Positions 50,553 to 62,166 of a stretch of 64,000 bases of DNA are shown here, in pieces. Position 1 is the first letter of the stretch. Every line of letters starts with the position of its first letter. The notes beneath the pieces are model-generated. The model worked only from the letters and a program-made list of their open reading frames with translations, searched no databases and had not been told where the DNA came from. The stretch is from assembly GCA_044223005.1 (NCBI GenBank), contig JBGAML010000003.1, positions 1 to 64,000 of the forward strand. The letters run 5' to 3'. The DNA is from Candidatus Eiseniibacteriota bacterium. GTDB lineage: Bacteria; Eisenbacteria; RBG-16-71-46. A program made the translations under genes and the position numbers.

Positions 50553-52109
50553 GTGAGCGCGCCCGAGCATGTCCTGCGCGGCAAGCGCTGGCTCGAGGAG
50601 CAGCTCGAGCAGCTGGGCGGCCTGCGCAACGCGAACCCGCGTGACCCGAGCTTCAAGCTCTGGCGCCAGAACACGCTCACCGTGCTGCAGCGCATCTGGC
50701 ACGGCCAGCAGGCGCGTTCGGAGCGCTTCCGCCAGATTCCGTTCTCGCCGCACTCGCCCAAGGCCGACTTCGCGACGACGCGCGAGTGGTACCAGCGCGG
50801 TTGCGCCGAGGCCTCGGAGTACCTGCGCGCCCTGATCACGGAGGTCGAGTCCGTCGGCGTCCCGAACCCGGCCGACGCGCCTTCGGCCGAGGCGAAGCCG
50901 ATCGACGACGACGTCGATTTCCCGGTGCTGGACCTGGATGGCAGTTCGAGTCCGTCGGCGCCGCCCGCGGCCAAGAACGACATCGTACTGCTCGACAAGA
51001 GCGGCACCGCCGCGGCGCTCTCGCCCGAAGACGTCACGACGCCCGGCCCGCGTCCCGGCGGCCCGGCGCCGCCGACGCTGCGCGTCGACGTGCGGAACAC
51101 GGGTCTGCGCGCGTCCGCGCGCGACAATGAAGGACCGTCGATCCCGACGCTGCCGAAGCGCCCCGAGCTGCCGAAGCGCCCGGATTCCGCGCCGCGCGCG
51201 AGCGCGCCGTCCGCGCGCACCGACGCCCCGCGCAAGTCGGCGCCCAACGCCGAACCCGCGGCGCGTGCCAAGCCGGAGGCGCCGGCGCCCAAGCGCAATG
51301 GCCGCACGAAGCCGAAGCGCGCGCCCAAGGCGACGCCGCCGCGGCTCAAGGACATGCTGGGCCTGCAGGACCTCGACAAGAGCAGTGGCGCGTCGAAGGT
51401 GATGCCGCGTCCGACGCCGCCGCCCGCCGGCTCCGAGTCGTCGCCGGCGCGCATGATGGCGCGCCCGGCCCTGCCTTCGAGCGGCAAGGTCGAGGTGAAG
51501 CTGCCCGAGCCGATCGTGACGTCGACGCCGGCCGCGCCTGCGCCGCCCGCGCCGCCCGCGGCCGAAGCGCCCGCGCCAGTCGTGACGCCGCCGCCGGCGC
51601 CCGTCGCGCCCGCGCCGCCCGTGGCCGAGACGCCCGCGCCGGCTGCGTCGCCGACGCCCGCACCGGCCGCCGCCGCGCCCGAACCGCCGACCGCTGCCGC
51701 GTCCGCGGAGCCGCCCGCGACGGGTGAGGTGCCCGTGTTCGATCCGGCCGCGCAGCAGTCGCACCTCGATCCCGAGGCGTTCGCGCGCGCGACCGAGGAC
51801 TTCCTGCGCAGCTCCCCCGTGCTCGGGCTGCAGGGCAAGCCGGTGCAGCGGGCGAGCGACACGACGCAGTTCCTCGATCCCGACGCGGTGGCGCTCGCCA
51901 CGCTCGCGTCGGAGATCGCGCGGCACGTGCGCGAAGACGCCGCTCGTGGTCCGCTCAAGCAGAACCTGCTCGACCTGGCCGCCCAGCTCGAACAGAAGGC
52001 GCCCGAGTGGGCGCTGCTGCGCGACACGGTCGCCGCGGCGATGGCTCATCCCGAGCTCGCCAAGCGGCTGATGCCGATCGTGCTGCCCTGGCTCGGCCGC
52101 GCGGCCTGA
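50553..52109 (+). CDS. Hypothetical protein: two helical domains joined by a long Pro/Ala-rich linker
   Basis: 518-aa ORF with host-like codon usage filling the gap between the oxidoreductase gene and clpB. Confidence 0.78.
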   Translation: MSAPEHVLRGKRWLEEQLEQLGGLRNANPRDPSFKLWRQNTLTVLQRIWHGQQARSERFRQIPFSPHSPKADFATTREWYQRGCAEASEYLRALITEVESVGVPNPADAPSAEAKPIDDDVDFPVLDLDGSSSPSAPPAAKNDIVLLDKSGTAAALSPEDVTTPGPRPGGPAPPTLRVDVRNTGLRASARDNEGPSIPTLPKRPELPKRPDSAPRASAPSARTDAPRKSAPNAEPAARAKPEAPAPKRNGRTKPKRAPKATPPRLKDMLGLQDLDKSSGASKVMPRPTPPPAGSESSPARMMARPALPSSGKVEVKLPEPIVTSTPAAPAPPAPPAAEAPAPVVTPPPAPVAPAPPVAETPAPAASPTPAPAAAAPEPPTAAASAEPPATGEVPVFDPAAQQSHLDPEAFARATEDFLRSSPVLGLQGKPVQRASDTTQFLDPDAVALATLASEIARHVREDAARGPLKQNLLDLAAQLEQKAPEWALLRDTVAAAMAHPELAKRLMPIVLPWLGRAA

Positions 52110-52285
52110 CGGCCGCTCGCGCTCGTCGCACCGCCGCGTTCCGCAACGCTCCCCGCGCGCGCCGTTCGCGCCCGAAACGCCCGCCGTTCCACCGCGCAGC
52201 GCGTTCCCCGCGCACTGGCCCCGGACCTCATGCGACGCGCACCGGTGTGCTAGCGTTCGCATCGAGAAGCCAGGGAGGTGGTGCG

Positions 52286-54885
<2,600 letters not shown>

Positions 54886-54889
<4 letters not shown>

Positions 54890-55134
54890 GCGGCCACGCC
54901 GGAATCGACCCGAAGAGCAAGGCCGGGCGGGCGCTGTCCGCCCTGGTCGCCGCATCGATGAAGATGTCTCCCGAAGTCCGGACCCGTGTCGCGCGCATCC
55001 GGACGATGCTCGATGGCTCCCCCGACGACCCCGGGATCGGTCACAAGATCGAAGGGGATCTCATGTTCCTGATGCGGGATTCGAAGCTGAACTCCGCCTG
55101 CGTCATGCTCCGAAAGGCCCTGCGAGCGATGTGA
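54886..55134 (+). CDS. Small hypothetical protein coupled to clpB
   Basis: 82 aa, GTGA overlap with clpB stop, helical composition. Confidence 0.55.
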
Positions 55135-55136
55135 CC

Positions 55137-56353
55137 GTTGTGCTCGGAAGATTGCGGGTGATCGGGGCTCGCACCCTTCTGGTGCGGGCCCCGGAGCGTT
55201 CCCGGGCCCGCCGCTACATCGCGAACTTCCGGAACACGCGGTCCCCGTTCGGGATCGCGCGCGTCTCGATCTCCCTCCGGTAGTACTTCGCCCAGCGCTC
55301 CGGCACGCGCAGCCGCGTCGCGAACAGCCGCCCGTGCAGGATCTCGCGCACCGTCCGCGGCCGATCCATCAGCCCCAGCCGCATCGCCGGCGTCTCGGTG
55401 CGGGCTCGCTCGCTGAAGTACTTGCCGTAGTTCCGCCACACCTGGAACCACCCCAGCCGCTCCGCGGCCGCCTGGCGCCGCTTCGAGAACGCGATCGTCT
55501 CCCTCCGGTGGTTCGCCCCGCAGTGCCGGATCAGCAGGTCCAGCAGGTTCACCTCGAAGAGCGGGTTGCGCGGCGTCCGCGCCGCCCGGGAGCTGATCGT
55601 GTGGTGCGTGATCTGGTGCTGCTCCAGGTGCCGGATCGCGCGCGGGTAGTCGGTGTGCTCGTCCGTGTACAGCTCGAGCGCCTGCGGCCGGGGCGCGGCG
55701 ATCGTGAGCAACTCCGCCACCTCCTTCTCGATGCTGCGCGGGTCGGGCCGGCCGAGCTTCGCCTCCAGCTCCGCCCGGCGTCGCTTCTGGCGCTTCGTCA
55801 TCCGCCCGCTGCGCCGCCGCTCGGAGTCGGTGAAGGTGTAGAAGAAGTGGCTCTCCCGGCCCGCGAGCAGGTGGAAGAGCGTCGGGTGGTACTGGCTGTA
55901 CTCGAAGCTCTGGAACGAATCGAGCGCCAGCGGCTCGTGGATAGGGCCCTTCGGCCCATGGGCGAGGTGGTAGAGCAGGGCATGGCGCCCCAGGCGCACG
56001 GCGAGGTTCTGGATCGACTGGGGCGAAGCGTGAAACTCGCGCGCGATCTGGCGCAGGGCCGAGCCGCCGAGGAGCCGGTGGGCGACCGGGTGGAGGCGTT
56101 TGGGGAAGCGGAGCCAGTAGGTGGTGGAGAAGGTCTGGGTGGAGAAGTTGCGTCCGCAGTGGTCACAGCGGAAACGGGCGATACGGTGCGGGCGGGCCTG
56201 GCGGGTGTAGTAGCCGGCGTGGGACCAGCGCCACAAGGCACGTTCGCCGTTGTGGTAGCGGCAGCGCGGGTTGGGGCAGAAGGGCGGCACGAACGTCGTC
56301 ATGCCGGAGGGTCACTGCACCTCCCGGGCCACCTGCATTCTTCCGCGCACAAC
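55137..56353 (-). mobile_element. Insertion sequence (IS1-like) with 24-bp imperfect terminal inverted repeats
   Basis: gttgtgctcggaagattgcgggtg (55137-55160) vs reverse complement of 56330-56353, 21/24 identical, enclosing a single transposase-like ORF. Confidence 0.82.
55214..56302 (-). CDS. Transposase-like protein (Zn ribbon, HTH, DDE-like core)
   Basis: CPNPRC..RFRCDHC, SALRQIAREF HTH, LALDSF, YTDEH, TIAFSKR, TPAMRLG. Confidence 0.82.
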   Translation of the reverse strand: MTTFVPPFCPNPRCRYHNGERALWRWSHAGYYTRQARPHRIARFRCDHCGRNFSTQTFSTTYWLRFPKRLHPVAHRLLGGSALRQIAREFHASPQSIQNLAVRLGRHALLYHLAHGPKGPIHEPLALDSFQSFEYSQYHPTLFHLLAGRESHFFYTFTDSERRRSGRMTKRQKRRRAELEAKLGRPDPRSIEKEVAELLTIAAPRPQALELYTDEHTDYPRAIRHLEQHQITHHTISSRAARTPRNPLFEVNLLDLLIRHCGANHRRETIAFSKRRQAAAERLGWFQVWRNYGKYFSERARTETPAMRLGLMDRPRTVREILHGRLFATRLRVPERWAKYYRREIETRAIPNGDRVFRKFAM

Positions 56354-56533
56354 TCAGGCGTCGCCTAGATCTTCGGCCTTCACGAAGTCCCGGTGCTTGC
56401 CTCGGCCGCGACGTTCGAAGCGGGGGACGAGCTTCACGGCGACGTCGATGCCGAGCACCTGCCGCACCTCGCCGCGCAGCTTCTCGTGCCACTCGTCGCG
56501 CCACGCGGGGCCCGCGACGATGCGGAGTTCGAC
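56354..56533 (-). pseudogene. Orphan copy of the last 59 codons plus stop of the PaaK/CapK-family gene
   Basis: Direct repeat of 58634-58813 with 15 differences in 180 nt by manual alignment. Confidence 0.92.
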
Positions 56534-57044
56534 AGCGATGCGCTGGCCGACGGCCGCAAGCTACGGGTGCTCACGGTGCTCGACACGTTCACGCGCGAGT
56601 GCGTGGCGCTCGAGGTCGGCGGCAGCTTCGGCGGCGCCGAGGTCGCTCGCGTGCTGACGCGAGCCGGTGTGCACCGCGGGCTGCCGGAGACGATCCACGT
56701 GGACAACGGGACGGAGTTCACCTCGAAGGTGTTTGACCAGTGGGCTTACGCGAACCGGGTGAAGCTCGACTACAGCCGGCCCGGCAAGCCGACCGACAAC
56801 GCGTTCATCGAGAGCTTCAACGCCCAGGTTCGGCGTGAGTGCCTCTCGCAGCACTACTTTTCGAGTATCATTGATGCGCGCGTGGAGCTCGACGCGTGGC
56901 GGGACGAGTACAACAACCGCAGGCCCCACGGCAGCTTGGGGCAGCGCACTCCGGCCCAGTTCCGGGCCGAGGTCGACGAGGCGGAGGCGCCCGAAAAGCT
57001 CGCTTTGAGCGTGCCCGAGCGCTCCAGCGTCGGGTAGCGGATCA
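56534..57044 (+). pseudogene. 5'-truncated IS3-family (IS407-like) transposase with right end
   Basis: SDALADGRKLRVLTVLD..DNGTEF..PGKPTDNAFIESFN..YNNRRPHGSLG..TP; ends ..gtagcggatca. Confidence 0.88.
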
Positions 57045-57094
57045 ACTCGCAGAGGCTGGCATCATGAACTGCGTCAGAGTTGGGGAGCAGGTCA

Positions 57095-57198
57095 ATCAGC
57101 ACCAGACGCACATCGGGACGTAAGGGGCAGAGCGCCGTTTCCCAGACACGTGGATTGAATACCCCACAATTCCTGCCAAGCCACAGGTATCACGATGA
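57095..57198 (+). pseudogene. Possible remnant of a polymorphic-toxin C-terminus
   Basis: Frame QHQTHIGT*GAERRFPDTWIEYPTIPAKPQVSR* ends in an ATGA overlap with the next gene. Confidence 0.4.
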
Positions 57199-57476
57199 AA
57201 GACGAAGAGCGAGAAGCGCTTCTTGCAGCCGCGGAGCAGCTAGCACGGTTCGCGACCCTTCTGCGAGCTCAACACCTGACGGTCGCCAATCCTGAAATCG
57301 ACGTTTGGGAGCACTCCCATGAGGCGTATACGTCTGAGATTCGGGTGAAGATCTATCGCAATGGAATTCTGGATGATGCGCTCGAATTCCACGTCTTCAG
57401 AGACGGCCGGCTACTCGTGTCGAGAGAAGATGTGGCGCGATGGTTTGAGCAACAGCTGCGGGCTTTGGTTGCATGA
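57195..57476 (+). CDS. Small hypothetical protein, putative immunity protein
   Basis: 93 aa, acidic, more A/T-rich than host genes, ATGA-coupled to a truncated upstream frame. Confidence 0.6.
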   Translation: MKDEEREALLAAAEQLARFATLLRAQHLTVANPEIDVWEHSHEAYTSEIRVKIYRNGILDDALEFHVFRDGRLLVSREDVARWFEQQLRALVA

Positions 57477-57488
57477 ACTCAGGAGCAG

Positions 57489-57631
57489 TGGGCTTGGCCC
57501 GATCCCGTAGACGGTTAGCTTGCGCTGCCTGAGGCCAGTCACGCCTTCTCGAAATTGGCCGGGTTGACCTGGCTGATCGTCGAGTGCCGACGACGCTGGT
57601 TGTTGAACAACTCGAGATAGCGGAACGCCAC
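57489..57631 (-). pseudogene. IS3-family transposase 3' remnant with right end
   Basis: AFRYLELFNNQRRRHSTISQVNPANFE resembles the IS3 YIE.FYN..R.HS.LG..SP..FE tail; ends ..gggccaagccca. Confidence 0.72.
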
Positions 57632-57868
57632 GTTCTGCCAAGCACAGCTGGATCCAAATCGCGAAACGCTCGTCTCTTTGAGAGAGTCGCTTCGGATCCC
57701 GCGAACTTGCGTCCTGATGCGGTCGAAGCTGGGATCATTGAGCAGAAGGCGGCTGACCAAGGGGTTCAGGCTTATACATGGGCCGGACGGAGAGGGCAGG
57801 TGTGGGTAACGGTGCGCGATAGGCTTATTCAGAACGCCGGAATCAATCGGCCCGGAGGGTACCGATGA
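57629..57868 (+). pseudogene. Putative orphan Rhs/CDI-type toxin C-terminal fragment
   Basis: HVLPST..LFERVASDPANL..GQVWVTVRDRLIQNAGIN; no credible start; ATGA overlap with next gene. Confidence 0.55.
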
Positions 57869-58389
57869 GCTTCTCGGACGCGCACGCGGCGGATCGCACG
57901 GGTGAGATTGAGCGAGCTGCCGTACTGTATGAGGAGGCCATTTCAGCTGGCAGCCCGTCGCTCCAGCTCCTGCTGGATCTCGCGCTGCTATATTGGCAGG
58001 CGACGGACCCAGGAGTAGCGGCCGCTAAGCACCTTGACGCAAAGTTCCTCCGTCATGCCGGGCTTCGAACTCAAGAGTTGTTAATTCAGGCCGCCCGAGC
58101 ATTTCCAGAGAGCACGGCAGTAAGATTCTGGATGAGGTACATCGCATGGGCGGATCTATGCGAGCCGTTCGATGCCCACGACTGCAGGCAACTTCTGCGA
58201 GAGGACCCCTCCGTGCGCCTTCCGGCGATGCACGTGTTTGCGTTGAGCGGAGGGACGGACATGCGCGACGAAGCACGCGAGTTGCTGGCAAATAGCAGAG
58301 ACGAAGGAACTGCAGGAGCCCGCTATGTGGTGTCTGTCATCGAAGGTGTAATGAAGCGAATCGAGAGCCGCAAGCCTCACGTGGAGTAG
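57865..58389 (+). CDS. Helical hypothetical protein, putative immunity protein
   Basis: 174 aa, GGAGG RBS, atypical codon usage, coupled to upstream toxin-like fragment. Confidence 0.65.
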   Translation: MSFSDAHAADRTGEIERAAVLYEEAISAGSPSLQLLLDLALLYWQATDPGVAAAKHLDAKFLRHAGLRTQELLIQAARAFPESTAVRFWMRYIAWADLCEPFDAHDCRQLLREDPSVRLPAMHVFALSGGTDMRDEARELLANSRDEGTAGARYVVSVIEGVMKRIESRKPHVE

Positions 58390-58416
58390 TTTCCAAGGCC
58401 ACACAAAGTGTGGCGT

Positions 58417-58612
58417 TGGAGTGTCCCCAATCCTCGGACCACCGGCATATGACAGGGGCTACGGCGTGACCGGCTGAAGTTCGGGCTGCCTCGTGGCGGT
58501 GCGGACCTTGGCGCCGAACTCCGCCGGCGTCTGGTAGGCCCAGGCTCCCGTGCGGCCGCCAACAATTGTATTCCCACCGGCACCGCTCTATCAGGCTCTG
58601 TGCTTCGGGCAA
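58417..58612 (-). pseudogene. Frameshifted IS3-family transposase 3' remnant with right end
   Basis: EAQSLIERCRWEYNCWRPHGSLG then shifted YQTPAEF; ends gtggtccgaggattggggacactcca. Confidence 0.75.
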
Positions 58613-58633
58613 GAGTGCGAGCTCCGTGAAAGC

Positions 58634-59986
58634 TCAGGCTTCGCCCAGATCCTCGGCTTTCACGAAGTCGCGGTGCTTGCCGCGGCCGCGGCGTTCGAAG
58701 CGGGGGACGAGCTTCACGGCGACGTCGATGCCGAGCACCTGCCGCACTTCGCCGCGCAGCTTCTCGAGCCATTCGCCGCTCCAGGCGGGGCCCGCGACGA
58801 TGCGCAGCTCGACGCGATCGAGGTACTGCACGAACTGGTACTCGCGCACTCGGCCCTCGCGGCCGTGGCTCTTGAAGATGTAGCTCGGCTGGTTCGCGTT
58901 GAGCCGGCGGCCGTCGGGCAGTACCAGCGTGTCGCCGGCGCGACCGGCGAGCCGGCCCAGCAGGGGCAGCGCGCAGTTCGCGTTCGCGGGCAGCGGCCAG
59001 TCGGTGGCGAGCGGATCACCCGCGGGCTCGACCAGGTCGCCGACGCGGTAGCGCAGCATGGGCATCCGGTGGTTGAAGAGGTCCGTGAGCAGCAGCCCCC
59101 AGTCGCCGTCGTCCGTGCGCTCGTAGTCCACGACCACGGACTCGACCGGGATTCGCATGCCGCCCTCGGGGTGCTCGAAGCCGGCGACGCCGATCTCGGC
59201 GCAGCCGTAGCTGTCCACCACCGGGCAGCCGAATGCGGCGGCGATGCGCTCGCGCTGCGTGTCGCGCAGCATCTCGGCCGACGTGATCACGCACTTCCAG
59301 CCGAGCGCACGGCCGTCGAGCTTCTGCGTGGTGACCTCGTCGGCGAACTGCGTGAGCGCGGACGCGTAGCCGAACGCGAACCGCGTGCGGTCCTTCAGCA
59401 GGTGCGCGTGAAAGTCGCGGGCGCGCGCGGCGTCGAGCGTGAACGCGCTGCAGCGGATGCGGTTGAAGAAGCGGTCCTTCCGCGACGCGATCGAGCGGCC
59501 TTCGTCGTCGAGCGGTACGCCCCAGAAGTAGGCGTAGCGATCGCCGCAGTCCACGCCCCACCAGCGCCACGCGCGGAACACGTTCGCGTGCGCGTGCGCC
59601 CACGACAGGTGCCCGCGCTCCACGGCGACCGGCGTGCCCGAGGAGCCCGAAGTGGCGGCCTTCAGTCCCTTGGGCGCCTGCGTGGACATCATGGAATTCG
59701 CGTGTTCCTGCACGTCGGGCTTGCCCACGGCGGGCAGCCGGCGCCACTCGGCCCAGTCCTTGAGATCGCCGGGCTGGAATCCCGCGCGGCCCCAGTGCTC
59801 GCGATAGAACGGCACCGTGTCCCATGCGTGCCGCACGATCGCCTGCAGCCGCTGCCACTGCTGCTCGCGCAGGCGCTCGCGCGACCAGCGCGCGGACGAC
59901 TCGAGTTCGCGCAGGACGCGCGCGACGGGTTCGCCGCGGTACTCCTGCGCCAGGTAGTAGGCCGTTCTGGAAAGAAAGGAGTTCAC
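58634..59986 (-). CDS. Phenylacetate-CoA ligase / CapK-family adenylate-forming protein
   Basis: HAWDTVPFY, TSGSSGTP, DSYGCAE, TDLFNHRMPMLRYRVGD, GRAGD; GTG start. Confidence 0.9.
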   Translation of the reverse strand: MNSFLSRTAYYLAQEYRGEPVARVLRELESSARWSRERLREQQWQRLQAIVRHAWDTVPFYREHWGRAGFQPGDLKDWAEWRRLPAVGKPDVQEHANSMMSTQAPKGLKAATSGSSGTPVAVERGHLSWAHAHANVFRAWRWWGVDCGDRYAYFWGVPLDDEGRSIASRKDRFFNRIRCSAFTLDAARARDFHAHLLKDRTRFAFGYASALTQFADEVTTQKLDGRALGWKCVITSAEMLRDTQRERIAAAFGCPVVDSYGCAEIGVAGFEHPEGGMRIPVESVVVDYERTDDGDWGLLLTDLFNHRMPMLRYRVGDLVEPAGDPLATDWPLPANANCALPLLGRLAGRAGDTLVLPDGRRLNANQPSYIFKSHGREGRVREYQFVQYLDRVELRIVAGPAWSGEWLEKLRGEVRQVLGIDVAVKLVPRFERRGRGKHRDFVKAEDLGEA

Positions 59987-60184
59987 GCGTGGTTTCCGGG
60001 TCGGTCGACCAAGGGGATCTCTGCGCTCGCGGAGGCAGCCTACACGAACTCGGGGCGCGCGCTCCCGCTGTTGTCGGCACGCCGGGCCGCCGGCTTTGGC
60101 GGCCTCGCCCGCGCCGGGGCGTGCCGCCGCCCTCGTGGCCGACGCCGCTGGCGCCGCCGGCCGGCACTCGTGCAGACTGCCCGC

Positions 60185-62086
60185 ATGATTCCGTGCCCGA
60201 TCCGCTCTTCCCTGAGCCGCGCCCTCGCCCTCGCTGCCGCCCTCGCGATCTCCGTCACCGCGGCGCCCGCCGCCGTGCGCTACGTCTCGCCCGCGGGTAA
60301 CGACGCCAACAGCGGCGCGTCGCCCGCGAGCCCGTGGACGCTCGCGCGCGCCAACCGCGAGCTCGAGGCGGGGGACCTTTGCGTGCTGCTGCCCGGCGGC
60401 TACGAGACGTCCATCGATCCGCAGCACTCGGGCACCTCGATGACGCGCCGCATCACGTATCTCGGGAGCATCGCCAATCCGGGCAGCATCGTCGTGCCCT
60501 CGATCCAGCCCAACCAGGCGTTCGTGACGGTGAAGGGCGTCGCGTGCACCGACGCGATCACGCTGCGCTGGCCCGCGCGCTGGGATTCGATCGCCGACTG
60601 CCGCTCCGGCGGGCTGCAGTTCTGGGGCGCCAAGCACTGCGTCGTCGCGCGCAACACGATTCGCGGCCGCGTGGCGTTCCTCGCCAACGAAGGGCTGCCC
60701 TGCTACAGCAGCCAGAAGCTCGATCGCCGCTGCGTCGCCAACAGCGAGTACGACACGCTGCGCGGCAACCGGATCGAGCTCGGCACGATCTGGCCGGGCG
60801 ACCGGAGCTTCGAGTTCAAGGCGTGGACGCAGCGCTGCCGGATCGACTCCAACCGCGTGAGCGGCACGTTCGACGACAAGCCCGGCACGCCGGCCGACGG
60901 CGGCATCGCGGTGGTCACGTACAACTCGTACCGGCTCGCGTTCCAGGACAACCACTGGGAGTTCGAGGCGGCGCGCAACCACCACAACTGGCCCAACACC
61001 ACGTGGGACGCCTTCTACCTGCGCGATTCGCTGCACTCGACCACGTTCGTGCGCGACACGATCCTCGCCGGCGTGCACTCGGCGGAGCCGCGGGAGATCC
61101 GGCTGACGCTGTCGGCAAGCGGCAGCTTCCCGGGCGCGATCCACGACGTCACGATGGACCGCTGCATCCTGCGCGCGAGCGGCGACTTCCTCTGGCAGGG
61201 CGGGTTCGACCACTGGACGCTCGATCGCTGCGTGTTCCAGAGCCGCTCGGGCCTCGCCTACGTGCTGAGCGACTGGGTGGGCAGCCGGATCCGGCACTGC
61301 ACGTTCTGGGCAAGCACCGAGGTGCTGCGCGTCGAGGGCCCCTCGCAGGGCCAGCACGTGCTCGGTACGGGCAACGAGCTGACCTCGAACATCTTCTACT
61401 CGCTGCGCGCGAAGCCCGCGGGTGGCGACGGCGGCGTCGTGATGTGGAAGGACAACACACGCAATTTCACGAGCGACGGCAATCTCTACTTCACGCCCGC
61501 CTTCGACCGCTCGCCTGGGGACCGCTCGATCGTGTGGAGCGGCTACTTCGCCAGCCCGCCCGGGCGATCGTCGCGCTGGTTCGGGGAGACGCGGCAGGAT
61601 GGCGCGTCCCGTCACGGCTCGCCCGCGTTCTTCGATTCGAGCTGGGCCGGCTTCGACGCGAGGATTCGCGCCAACTCCTGCGCCCGGGGCGCGGGCCTGT
61701 CCCGGACCGACGCCGGTGCGCTCGCGTTCGGCGCCTCCATCGGTGACGTGACGCCGCCCGCGCCGGTCACCGACCTCGCGGCGAGCCACGTGGAGGCGCG
61801 CTCGCTGCTGCTCACGTGGACCGCGAGCGGCGACGACGGCCGCACCGGCCGCGCCGCGCTGGTGGACGTGCGCTACGCGCGCGCGCCCGTGACGGCGGCG
61901 AACTTCACCGGCGGCATCGCGCTCGTGCCCGCGCCGGTGCCGCAGCCCGGTGGCTCGCCGCAGAGCTACGTCATCACGCAACTGCAGCCGGGGACGCGCT
62001 ACTGGTTCGCGTTGCGATCGTGCGACGAGAAGGGCAACTGGAGCCGGCTCTCCAACGTGGTCATGGTGCAGACGCCGCCGGAGTAG
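60185..62086 (+). CDS. Secreted parallel beta-helix-like protein with C-terminal FN3 domain
   Basis: Signal peptide; YVSPAGNDANSGASPASPW..AGD..LLPGGY; DVTPPAPVTDL..WTASGDDG..LQPGTRYWFALRSCDEKGNWS. Confidence 0.8.
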   Translation: MIPCPIRSSLSRALALAAALAISVTAAPAAVRYVSPAGNDANSGASPASPWTLARANRELEAGDLCVLLPGGYETSIDPQHSGTSMTRRITYLGSIANPGSIVVPSIQPNQAFVTVKGVACTDAITLRWPARWDSIADCRSGGLQFWGAKHCVVARNTIRGRVAFLANEGLPCYSSQKLDRRCVANSEYDTLRGNRIELGTIWPGDRSFEFKAWTQRCRIDSNRVSGTFDDKPGTPADGGIAVVTYNSYRLAFQDNHWEFEAARNHHNWPNTTWDAFYLRDSLHSTTFVRDTILAGVHSAEPREIRLTLSASGSFPGAIHDVTMDRCILRASGDFLWQGGFDHWTLDRCVFQSRSGLAYVLSDWVGSRIRHCTFWASTEVLRVEGPSQGQHVLGTGNELTSNIFYSLRAKPAGGDGGVVMWKDNTRNFTSDGNLYFTPAFDRSPGDRSIVWSGYFASPPGRSSRWFGETRQDGASRHGSPAFFDSSWAGFDARIRANSCARGAGLSRTDAGALAFGASIGDVTPPAPVTDLAASHVEARSLLLTWTASGDDGRTGRAALVDVRYARAPVTAANFTGGIALVPAPVPQPGGSPQSYVITQLQPGTRYWFALRSCDEKGNWSRLSNVVMVQTPPE

Positions 62087-62115
62087 GCCGAGGCCCGGCG
62101 CGCCGGGAAAAGGCT

Positions 62116-62149
62116 GCGGGCCCGGATCGCGACGGCGATCCGGGCCCGC
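62116..62149. terminator. Hairpin between convergent genes
   Basis: 15-bp perfect stem gcgggcccggatcgc / gcgatccgggcccgc. Confidence 0.55.
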
Positions 62150-62166
62150 GCGCGTTTCGCGTGGCG

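Noticed and set aside
56393..57037. 214-aa ORF as an intact transposase or novel fusion
   Set aside because: Its first ~47 codons are the antisense strand of the duplicated CapK-like tail joined to a truncated IS3 integrase core lacking the first catalytic Asp
56354..58813. Diversity-generating retroelement TR/VR pair
   Set aside because: Differences are not adenine-specific and are mostly synonymous; no reverse transcriptase in the window
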